Source: Epithemia pelagica
Taxonomy: Eukaryota > Protista > Bacillariophyta
Reading direction: 5' to 3'
Assembly (NCBI GenBank): GCA_946965045.2
Contig: OX337230.1
Span: 3,224,001-3,288,000, forward strand
DNA length: 64,000 nucleotides
Shown: positions 54,289 to 64,000 of the stretch, piece by piece
How the letters are laid out: every line of letters starts with the position of its first letter
Position numbering within the stretch: the first letter of the stretch is position 1
Program-made: the position numbers and the translations under genes
Notes under the pieces: model-generated
Database searches by the model: none
What the model was told of the DNA's origin: nothing
The model's input: only the letters and a program-made list of their open reading frames with translations

Positions 54289-57200
54289 TCATCTACCTTG
54301 TGCGACTCCCCCTTTCGTCTGTCTGTCTTGTTTTGGTTCATTGATCTTATCGTTCAAAGCACTAACATCACCCCGCCAGAATAGCAGAGGTTTAAGGAGT
54401 GGCCATCCCGTGACAAAATCCCAATTTTTAGTCAACACGTCAGCGGGATTGGTCTTGCCATCCTTCCAGTAAAACTTGATAGCATTCGATGCCATACACT
54501 CACGTACACGGTTGTAGCTCAGAAAGTGATGGCGTCTGCTAAGGATTGAATGTGGTACCGTACTATTGGTTACCACTGACTTGTTATCTCCGAATAGGTA
54601 GCTAGAATCTCGTAGTGGCACTCCTAGGTAGCGAAGAAAAATGCGTAGTTCCATGATTTGATCACATGCAATCCGTGCAGAGACAAATTCAGAGCCAAAG
54701 GTTGCAGTCTCAACCGTTGCCTGTCGCTTGGAGTACCAGTCCATGGGAGTTCCATTGACTAGGTGTAGAATCCCAGATGCTGATCTCCCCGTAATCATGT
54801 CGTGCTTTAGGTTAGCATCGACATAGGTAGTTGTAACAACAGGTAGACCCTTAGGTTCCGGTGCATCTTTTGGAACTTCCTCTCGTGCTCCATCGTAAAT
54901 GCGGAACCAATCATAGTTTTGATCTGGCAAATTGGAGTAGTCTGGTTCATGTAGTCTAAAACGGATTGCTCCATGATACATGCCAGCTAGGTATCCAACA
55001 ACTCGTTTTGCACGTTCCAAATGGCCAATTCGTGGAGCGGCACGGAATCTAGCCAATGTCATGACGGAAGTGAAGATGTCAAAGCGACCTATAGTCACCA
55101 GCCATTGCAGTTGCCCTATCATGGATTGATAGATGGCAATGTCCTTTTCTTCACATAGCTCGCTATCATCTAGTTCAGGATGATCTTGCCGGTCTAATGG
55201 AGTCTTGTACTTTTTCGGTTTGTTCCCGAATAAGATTTCGTACCCTTCGAGTATCTTCTCAACGTATCTTCTGGGGTCCCCAACCAATGTTCCATCTGGT
55301 TCTCTCTTGTATGTACACCCTAGGTGATATGCTATTGGGCCCACACCTTTGAGTTTGAATTTAAATTTTTCAGTGAAAGTATCACAAATTTCTTTCGGGT
55401 TCTTTGCAGCAATTGCTAGGTCGTCTACATAAACTGCTACGTACTCGTAGACGCCGTGCTCTTCGTTTAGCTTAAACCAGATGTCAGGTTCAATCTTGCA
55501 TGGTTTAAATCCCATTTCTTGTAAGACGTTGTAGAGTTTATCATGCCATCGTGCTCCACTGGTCACAAGTCCGTAAAGTGCCTTATCAAAAATCAAGATT
55601 TTTCCTTCCAAATCTCCAAATTCAGGACCAGCTATGATGAATAGCTTCTCCTTTGTTTGTGCTTCTAGGTAAGCATTTCCAATGTCAGCTGCCCAGATCT
55701 CCAGCTTGTTCAGTTCACTGAGGAAGATAACCAGACGTAGGCCACGTATTGATACCACTCCTGAGTAGCTTGACATAGACGGGTCTCGTATAGTCAAATG
55801 CCCATCAGCTACAAGTCTAGCTTTTCGACGTCCATCATGTTTGACATCGAAAACTAGGTGAACTCTCAATCGTTGATATCCTTCAGGAGCATTCATAAGC
55901 TTCCCATTTTGGAAAATAGCCTTATCCCGGACTAGGAATGTCTTGTATTGATGAATGACTTGATCTAGCTCGAGTTCAGTTGCTTTTGACCATAAGTTAT
56001 TCTTGTTCTGAACATCTAGCAGGATAGCTTCATCATAATCCCGTGGGACTTGCACGCCAAAACGGTACTTGATTTGCGCACGAGAGTTACGCCGGATCAT
56101 CTTTTTCTTGGCTTGCTGCAAATGTCGACGGAGTGTCTTGATGAGTCGTTTTTCAGTCTTGACGTATTTAGCTAGGTGCTTCCAGCCATCTAAGTCGAGT
56201 AGTCCATTATTCTTGGCATAGATAGCGCATAGCAAAGGATCATCACTAGCTATAAAAGAAAGAGGCTCATAGCTAGTCTCCCCATTTTCCCATTCGACAA
56301 GAACGTTGTAGCTAGATCCCTTGTAATGAGCATCAGTAGGTTTGAGAGGACCTTGATGAGCAGTGATTTGCCGCATTCGATACTCTTGGTCAGAGAAAAC
56401 AACGTCGTCAGGATCATGATCTAGATGATTGAGAAGTTCATTGTAAGTGACAATCTCACGAAGGCGACCTTCATCATATTCCACTTCAAAACTGAGGTCT
56501 TCAAAACGTTTGCGCTCACGATAAGCTTGATCTTGGACCATAGCAACAACTAACCCACGAAAACGCTCCCCAGTTTCCAGTTTAGGGCCAAGAAATTTAC
56601 GGCCAAGTAGATCATGTGGATCTATAGAAGGCATAGGAGGTGTAGATCCAGAAGACCTATCTTCATGACGACCTCTGACATGAACTATCTCCCCTTTTTC
56701 TGGATCTAGACGTCGGTTAGGTAAAGAAGAGGTAGCACTACGAATAGTAGACCGAAACAAAATCGTAGAGGTCTCATCAGTAAGGATCTTCCATGTTAAT
56801 GGATCCCCAACTCCAGTACCAAAACCTACCCAACGACCTTTAGATTCATTACCAGTAGAAGGGTAAGTAGATCGATCAGGATCATAAGAAAAATAAATTG
56901 GTTCCCAGAAATAATGAGCAAGTAAGAAACTGACATCAGGAGTGGAGCCCGTCAGGCGCTCAATGGGGGTGCGACCGTTAAGCGCCGGCGAAGCAAGGTG
57001 GTTAAGCACGGTCGACGCATAGTCTAGGGCAAGTAACCAGCAGCTAGGTGGACAACCAGAGGTATTGAGAATAAGATTAGTCCAGCGCTTAAGAGTAGAG
57101 TACCGATTTTCAGCAAAATTCTGATGCTGATGATGAGGTTCAGATGTGTACTGAGAAATAAACAGAGACCGTAGGATGTCTTGTACCTTCTTAGAAACTA

Positions 57201-57814
57201 AAGCCTGAGCACGATCACTGATTAAAACGTCCATAGCTCCCCGTAGTCGGATATTATCCTCAAGGGTATTGACGAATTGAGCATCAGATTTGACTCCATA
57301 CACATCGCAAACAAGGGTATCTCTTCCAACAAAAATTTGAGCAGCCTTAGAACCATTATCAATAGCAGGTGTATCGGCAAAGACTGTATCAGTGGCAACC
57401 CCTTCACGACGACGACCGATATTGAGCACAGGGTTACGAGTGCAAAAGTGCTTCTTGAGATAATCATGAGGGGAAAATCCCACATAGCGTGTAGAAACCT
57501 TAAAGGTATTAGCGATGCTATCAGCCAATGCCCAAGCAAAATAAGGACGTAGGGCTTCAAAATCTTCAGATTTCAGAGATTGTTGATGATAACGACTGTG
57601 TTGGAAGTCGACGGCACCAGCTAGGTTCGTCTGTTGATGAAGGGTAAGAATCTGGGAAACTAGGTTGACGCGATGAACATAGTTTCCAGTCGCAGAAAAA
57701 TCACGATCAATAGGGTCTGGGTTGATAAGATCCATCCAATCAGAATGTGTATCAGGATTGGATGAATGAGAATGATCCATGACGTCAGGATTCCATTCAT
57801 CGGGTGACGTAAGG
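54289..57814 (-). mobile_element. pol: 5'-truncated second Ty1/copia (CoDi-type) pol: INT-RT-RH, ORF 54289-57780
   Basis: VATDTVFAD, LISDRAQ, HQNFAE, RKARLVADGH, ADIGNAYL, VYVDD, YVDANL..ITGRS, NPADVLTK; PPT-like AAAGGGGGAG near 54306-54315; frame LTSPDEWNP breaks at about 57814. Confidence 0.92.
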
Positions 57815-57965
57815 CTATCTCCACCCGGGGCCGCTAAAGGTCCAAAAACAGCTATCGAACTCCACCATCTCCTCTAACCGCTAAACAGCTCCGCTACCCG
57901 CTATTTTTGCCGTTATTTGGGACCCCGAATAGCGGGGAAAATAGCGGATAGCGGAGCAAAATATA
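57813..57965. mobile_element. Possible end of a Harbinger/Tourist-like element
   Basis: TAA|GGCTATCTCCA at the copia breakpoint, followed by multiple CCGCTA/TAGCGG repeats; partner end not found. Confidence 0.4.
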
Positions 57966-58864
57966 ACCGTCGGCATAAATAAATTAAGGTCTGCTGCCAA
58001 CAGTATCTCTCTTGTCGAAAACATGGCAATGGCACGTATTGATTTGTGACGATCGCTTACCATCTCTTTGTTAGGATTCTCACCGAAAACTAGGTGGCGA
58101 AACCTACAACTCATCGAATGATGCTAGTATTTTATGGCATCCGATGACATTTTCCTAAAAGTGAGAAAAGAATGTCGGCATGCTCGCGAAACTTTAAATT
58201 TGGCCACGGCATGCTCGCATTGCACGCGTTATCGGCGACCGCTCGGATATTAACTATGGCCCAATACGTGCGCGCCCAAAACTATCAAGTGCGCGCCTCT
58301 ACTATCCGAGTACGCGCATCCACGATTCGACCTAACGGTCTATGTAATCAAAGCACGAATCACGATCACGCGAGACCATATCTCTGTTCCCACAAATCCA
58401 AGAATGCAAACAGCAACGCGCCCAGGACAAGACTTATACCACGACAAAGCAAGAGCTGTTGCATCCCATACATGTTATCCATCACCCTATACATTCAATA
58501 TACACCAATGCCGGTCTACTCCAACCAGTGAGGACCTATCACACCAGATCCATGGCCGTATACAAGAGCCAGGACTTTGGCACCATCAACCACCTTAGTT
58601 AGTAATCGTCTCACAATCATTAATATCACCATTTTAACACTCATCTTAAGACTAACCTCTTATCAGTGGACCGACTGCCCCCACCCACGGCGGACTTCGA
58701 CTTGCAACTCTTCTCTGACCCGTGGAGGATTGTTGTATCGGTTGGTGATTCGATTGTCGGCTCAGCGAGCCTTTTACCTATCCTATCTATCTGTCTAACC
58801 CCTGTTGAATCGAGAGAAGTTTATCAGATTAACAGTCTCAACGTTTATTTCCGAGAAGCTTTCG

Positions 58865-59620
58865 ATGTCTCACGACGATTCCAACCTCTCTATTTGACAC
58901 ATCTTTCATTCCTTCCAACAAAGCGGGGAGGAACTCCATCCACTCGTGTCCCATCCGGGCGAGCCCTTGATTGAAACTCCAAAACAGACCCCGACTCAGG
59001 CCAGTGCTCCGAATCCCTTCCAGACCCCGGACCAAGTGGTCCAGCCTCCTTCGATTCCGACTCACCCTTCGACTCCGCCTCGCCGTTTGAACCCTACTCG
59101 CACCCGACGTACGAGCCGTCTTCTTACTGCGCATATCCGACACTTCCGCGAGCCGACTGAGTCGACTACCGACCCCGACGTGATCCGTTCCACAACCGAA
59201 CGCGAGATCGATTTCCAGTCCGTCCAACCCGTGACTGACCTTGAGGACATCCAACGACTTCTCGACCTCTTGTACCAGTGCTCGAGACGCCGTTTCATTG
59301 TCCAAGCCCTGTTGGGCAACCCTGTGGAACCCATCCGTATTCGATTCATCTCCTTTGAACGTCCAACCAACTACTTCCACACCATCTGGATCGTCAACTC
59401 GACGACGAATCCGCTACCTACCCCGACTACTCGTCTCGACGAGTACGTCTCCTTTGTTCACGAGATCCATCTCTGCCAGGATTTCCGTGCGACTATCTAC
59501 CCTCTCTTCACTCAACACGTGAACCACTTGTTGGAAGACGACGACGTTGAAGAACTAGCCACTACAGTGGACGATTCCGCATCTCGTCTTCAGTACCGAG
59601 CCGAAAGTGACCAAGAATAA
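58865..59620 (+). pseudogene. Orphan ORF, copy 1, with CGA>TGA at codon 11
   Basis: ATT TGA CAC versus ATT CGA CAC in copies 2 and 3. Confidence 0.6.
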
Positions 59621-59812
59621 GTAACTTTACGTAGTTTCTACACCAAACCAGACACAAAACCGAGTTCCGCACATCCGGGTTCCAAGCACATCACACATCC
59701 GGGTACCTACATACGTGTCACATCCGGGTTCTTTTCACACCGGTTAAATAAAATTTTCGCAAGGACATCACGCTACACACTGTGATAACAGCTGAACCAT
59801 ACAAGTACTATC

Positions 59813-60541
59813 ATGGAAGCGACACCTCCCAAGACACCGTTTACTCCTCCTGAGGACAAGTCAAGTCATATAACCAACCAAGATCTCTTCGACCATATAA
59901 CTAAAGGCATCTTTGGTTGTAATGATGAACGAGCCCAATCACTTCAAAAGTGGGTGCGACATCATGGTTTTGAACATATCCTTCATGTCCTCGACCATGT
60001 TGCAACTGATCCCGAGGAGACACTCAAGGATCTCATGCAATACAAGGTTGGAAAACAAGTCAACGACCTACAGACAAGTACAAGATTACAACTCAAACTA
60101 ATGGCATATTGGTTACTACAACAACGGCAACTCCAACATGGAAAACTACCCCGTGCTACATGGATGAACCTCACGAGGGACCAATATGACGATTGGAGGA
60201 TCAACACCGACTTTACCAAGTCTGGTATGAACCAAGACCCAGTTTCTCCTCTGAAATCACCTGTACACTCCGTATCATCCCGATCTCCCACTATCACACC
60301 AGATCCATGGCCGTATGCAAGAGCCAGGACTTCAGCACCGTCAACCACCTTAGTTAGTAATCGTCTCACAATCATTAATATCACCATTTTAACACTCATC
60401 TTAAGACTTACCTCTTATCAGTGGACCGACTGCCCCCACCCACGGCGGACTTCGACTTGCAACTCTTCTCTGACCCGTGGAGGATTGTTGTATCGGTTGG
60501 TGATTCGATTGTCGGCTCAGCGAGCCTTTTACCTATCCTAA
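59813..60541 (+). CDS. Truncated chimeric Gag, 242 aa (about 160 aa Gag plus junction read-through)
   Basis: Identical to 63322-63802 up to the junction CCCACTA. Confidence 0.6.
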   Translation: MEATPPKTPFTPPEDKSSHITNQDLFDHITKGIFGCNDERAQSLQKWVRHHGFEHILHVLDHVATDPEETLKDLMQYKVGKQVNDLQTSTRLQLKLMAYWLLQQRQLQHGKLPRATWMNLTRDQYDDWRINTDFTKSGMNQDPVSPLKSPVHSVSSRSPTITPDPWPYARARTSAPSTTLVSNRLTIINITILTLILRLTSYQWTDCPHPRRTSTCNSSLTRGGLLYRLVIRLSAQRAFYLS

Positions 60542-60619
60542 CTATCTGTCTAACCCCTGTTGAATCGAGAGAAGTTTATCAGATTAACAGTCTCATCGTT
60601 TATTTCCGAGAAGCTTTCG

Positions 60620-61375
60620 ATGTCTCACGACGATTCCAACCTCTCTATTCGACACATCTTTCATTCCTTCCAACAAAGCGGGGAGGAACTCCATCCACCC
60701 GTGGCCCATCCGGGCGAGCCCTTGATTGAAACTCCGAAACCGACCCCGACTCAGGCCAGTGCTCCGAATCCCTTCCAGACCCCGGACCAAGTGGTCCAGC
60801 CTCCTTCGATTCCGACTCACCCTTCGACTCCGCCTCGCCGTTTGAACCCTACTCGCACCCGACGTACGAGCCGTCTTCTTACTGCGCATATCCGACACTT
60901 CCGCGAGCCGACTGAGTCGACTACCGACCCCGACGTGATCCGTTCCACAACCGAACGCGAGATCGATTTCCAGTCCGTCCAACCCGTGACTGACCTTGAG
61001 GACATCCAACGACTTCTCGACCTCTTGTACCAGTGCTCGAGACGCCGTTTCATTGTCCAAGCCCTGTTGGGCAACCCTGTGGAACCCATCCGTATTCGAT
61101 TCATCTCCTTTGAACGTCCAACCAACTACTTCCACACCATCTGGATCGTCAACTCGACGACGAATCCGCTACCTACCCCGACTACTCGTCTCGACGAGTA
61201 CGTCTCCTTTGTTCACGAGATCCATCTCTGCCAGGATTTCCGTGCGACTATCTACCCTCTCTTCACTCAACACGTGAACCACTTGTTGGAAGACGACGAC
61301 GTTGAAGAACTAGCCACTACAGTGGACGATTCCGCATCTCGTCTTCAGTACCGAGCCGAAAGTGACCAAGAATAA
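60620..61375 (+). CDS. Orphan ORF, copy 2, 251 aa
   Basis: MSHDDSNLSIRHIF...AESDQE, intact. Confidence 0.55.
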   Translation: MSHDDSNLSIRHIFHSFQQSGEELHPPVAHPGEPLIETPKPTPTQASAPNPFQTPDQVVQPPSIPTHPSTPPRRLNPTRTRRTSRLLTAHIRHFREPTESTTDPDVIRSTTEREIDFQSVQPVTDLEDIQRLLDLLYQCSRRRFIVQALLGNPVEPIRIRFISFERPTNYFHTIWIVNSTTNPLPTPTTRLDEYVSFVHEIHLCQDFRATIYPLFTQHVNHLLEDDDVEELATTVDDSASRLQYRAESDQE

Positions 61376-61567
61376 GTAACTTTACGTAGTTTCTACACCA
61401 AACCAGACACAAAACCGAGTTCCGCACATCCGGGTTCCAAGCACATCACACATCCGGGTACCTACATACGTGTCACATCCGGGTTCTTTTCACACCGGTT
61501 AAATAAAATTTTCGCAAGGACATCACGCTACACACTGTGATAACAGCTGAACCATACAAGTACTATC

Positions 61568-62295
61568 ATGGAAGCGACACCTCCCAAGACACCGTTTACT
61601 CCTCCTGAGGACAAGTCAAGTCATATAACCAACCAAGATCTCTTCGACCATATAACTAAAGGCATCTTTGGTTGTAATGATGAACGAGCCCAATCACTTC
61701 AAAAGTGGGTGCGACATCATGGTTTTGAACATATCCTTCATGTCCTCGACCATGTTGCAACTGATCCCGAGGAGACACTCAAGGATCTCATGCAATACAA
61801 GGTTGGAAAACAAGTCAACGACCTACAGACAAGTACAAGATTACAACTCAAACTAATGGCATATTGGTTACTACAACAACGGCAACTCCAACATGGAAAA
61901 CTACCCCGTGCTACATGGATGAACTTACGAGGGACCAATATGACGATTGGAGGATCAACACCGACTTTACCAAGTCTGGTATGAACCAAGACCCAGTTTC
62001 TCCTCTGAAATCACCTGTACACTCCGTATCATCCCGATCTCCCACTATCACACCAGATCCATGGCCGTATGCAAGAGCCAGGACTTCAGCACCGTCAACC
62101 ACCTTAGTTAGTAATCGTCTCACAATCATTAATATCACCATTTTAACACTCATCTTAAGACTTACCTCTTATCAGTGGACCGACTGCCCCCACCCACGGC
62201 GGACTTCGACTTGCAACTCTTCTCTGACCCGTGGAGGATTGTTGTATCGGTTGGTGATTCGATTGTCGGCTCAGCGAGCCTTTTACCTATCCTAA
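61568..62295 (+). pseudogene. Truncated Gag copy with a 1-nt deletion near 61929
   Basis: GAACTTACG versus GAACCTCACG in the other copies. Confidence 0.6.
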
Positions 62296-62373
62296 CTATC
62301 TGTCTAACCCCTGTTGAATCGAGAGAAGTTTATCAGATTAACAGTCTCATCGTTTATTTCCGAGAAGCTTTCG

Positions 62374-63129
62374 ATGTCTCACGACGATTCCAACCTCTCT
62401 ATTCGACACATCTTTCATTCCTTCCAACAAAGCGGGGAGGAACTCCATCCACCCGTGGCCCATCCGGGCGAGCCCTTGATTGAAACTCCGAAACCGACCC
62501 CGACTCAGGCCAGTGCTCCGAATCCCTTCCAGACCCCGGACCAAGTGGTCCAGCCTCCTTCGATTCCGACTCACCCTTCGACTCCGCCTCGCCGTTTGAA
62601 CCCTACTCGCACCCGACGTACGAGCCGTCTTCTTACTGCGCATATCCGACACTTCCGCGAGCCGACTGAGTCGACTACCGACCCCGACGTGATCCGTTCC
62701 ACAACCGAACGCGAGATCGATTTCCAGTCCGTCCAACCCGTGACTGACCTTGAGGACATCCAACGACTTCTCGACCTCTTGTACCAGTGCTCGAGACGCC
62801 GTTTCATTGTCCAAGCCCTGTTGGGCAACCCTGTGGAACCCATCCGTATTCGATTCATCTCCTTTGAACGTCCAACCAACTACTTCCACACCATCTGGAT
62901 CGTCAACTCGACGACGAATCCGCTACCTACCCCGACTACTCGTCTCGACGAGTACGTCTCCTTTGTTCACGAGATCCATCTCTGCCAGGATTTCCGTGCG
63001 ACTATCTACCCTCTCTTCACTCAACACGTGAACCACTTGTTGGAAGACGACGACGTTGAAGAACTAGCCACTACAGTGGACGATTCCGCATCTCGTCTTC
63101 AGTACCGAGCCGAAAGTGACCAAGAATAA
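62374..63129 (+). CDS. Orphan ORF, copy 3, 251 aa
   Basis: Identical translation to copy 2. Confidence 0.55.
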   Translation: MSHDDSNLSIRHIFHSFQQSGEELHPPVAHPGEPLIETPKPTPTQASAPNPFQTPDQVVQPPSIPTHPSTPPRRLNPTRTRRTSRLLTAHIRHFREPTESTTDPDVIRSTTEREIDFQSVQPVTDLEDIQRLLDLLYQCSRRRFIVQALLGNPVEPIRIRFISFERPTNYFHTIWIVNSTTNPLPTPTTRLDEYVSFVHEIHLCQDFRATIYPLFTQHVNHLLEDDDVEELATTVDDSASRLQYRAESDQE

Positions 63130-63321
63130 GTAACTTTACGTAGTTTCTACACCAAACCAGACACAAAACCGAGTTCCGCACATCCGGGTTCCAAGCACAT
63201 CACACATCCGGGTACCTACATACGTGTCACATCCGGGTTCTTTTCACACCGGTTAAATAAAATTTTCGCAAGGACATCACGCTACACACTGTGATAACAG
63301 CTGAACCATACAAGTACTATC

Positions 63322-64000
63322 ATGGAAGCGACACCTCCCAAGACACCGTTTACTCCTCCTGAGGACAAGTCAAGTCATATAACCAACCAAGATCTCTTCG
63401 ACCATATAACTAAAGGCATCTTTGGTTGTAATGATGAACGAGCCCAATCACTTCAAAAGTGGGTGCGACATCATGGTTTTGAACATATCCTTCATGTCCT
63501 CGACCATGTTGCAACTGATCCCGAGGAGACACTCAAGGATCTCATGCAATACAAGGTTGGAAAACAAGTCAACGACCTACAGACAAGTACAAGATTACAA
63601 CTCAAACTAATGGCATATTGGTTACTACAACAACGGCAACTCCAACATGGAAAACTACCCCGTGCTACATGGATGAACCTCACGAGGGACCAATATGACG
63701 ATTGGAGGATCAACACCGACTTTACCAAGTCTGGTATGAACCAAGACCCAGTTTCTCCTCTGAAATCACCTGTACACTCCGTATCATCCCGATCTCCCAC
63801 TACATCCTCTACAACATCTCAATCCATGTTAGATCTCTCTGCTTTCAAGAAAGGAACCAAAAGAGATGCAACAACATTTGAATCATTCAAAGACGAACGA
63901 TACTTTGATTCGTTTTGGCGTGTATTCAAATCAACTGCGAAAGCACAAGGATTGTCGAATGTTCTTGATTTCGATTACAAGGTACCCAAGGATGACGAAT
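63322..64000 (+). CDS. gag: CoDi-type copia Gag N-terminus, open past the window end
   Basis: No stop to 64000; AFKKGTKRDATTFESFKDERYFDSFWRVFKSTAKAQGLSNVLDFDY resembles the CoDi Gag FKK.KRD..KDE..VLD motif. Confidence 0.8.
   Translation, partial: MEATPPKTPFTPPEDKSSHITNQDLFDHITKGIFGCNDERAQSLQKWVRHHGFEHILHVLDHVATDPEETLKDLMQYKVGKQVNDLQTSTRLQLKLMAYWLLQQRQLQHGKLPRATWMNLTRDQYDDWRINTDFTKSGMNQDPVSPLKSPVHSVSSRSPTTSSTTSQSMLDLSAFKKGTKRDATTFESFKDERYFDSFWRVFKSTAKAQGLSNVLDFDYKVPKDDE

Larger units (their letters stand above)
58539..63802 (+). repeat. Three tandem copies of a 1,755/1,754/1,755-bp unit (orphan ORF + gag 5' part)
   Basis: TCACACCAGATCC starts at 58539, 60294 and 62048; gag ATG at 59813, 61568 and 63322. 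Confidence 0.97.

Noticed and set aside
58380-58470. RAQDKTYTTTKQELL resembling gypsy RNase H YTTTEKELL
   Set aside because: A single short motif without flanking similarity.
58560-58840. LTR and PBS inside the tandem unit (GTTTATCAGA near 58819)
   Set aside because: Not preceded by CA, and there is no independent second LTR in the window.
1-64000. Many overlapping antisense and alternative-frame ORFs; tRNA or rRNA genes
   Set aside because: The ORFs are shadows of the motif-supported genes; no structural RNA gene was recognised by eye.

Overview
Eukaryotic genomic DNA, inferred to be from a pennate diatom (short GT-AG introns, CoDi-type Ty1/copia proteins, diatom-style PTAAPS/SMAPS-stalk proteins). 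More than half of the window is mobile or repetitive DNA. In order: a 105-bp satellite and a 368-bp duplication derived from it (1-1927); a PIF/Harbinger remnant (2.3-4.2 kb); host-type genes (Vps62-domain membrane protein, REase-kinase with an in-frame stop, low-complexity protein, sulfotransferase-like protein, FG-GAP propeller protein); a 9,755-bp TA-flanked, TIR-bounded IS630-Tc1-mariner-like transposon (19570-29324) carrying a DD250E transposase, a SET + 2OG-Fe(II) dioxygenase fusion and two orphan genes; a TPR-like gene; a Ty3/gypsy element with identical LTRs and ATCTC TSD (31296-40143), one LTR of which is split by a 3,142-bp Harbinger; Kelch and single-pass membrane genes; a full CoDi copia (45322-51947); a truncated second copia pol (54289-57814); and a 3 x 1,755-bp tandem array of an orphan ORF plus gag 5' end that runs into a third copia gag at the window end. 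The best candidate for an undescribed system is the cargo-carrying ITm transposon with the SET-dioxygenase fusion. All domain calls come from motif recognition by eye, with no database searches. Several single-base frameshifts lie in short homopolymers and may be assembly errors.
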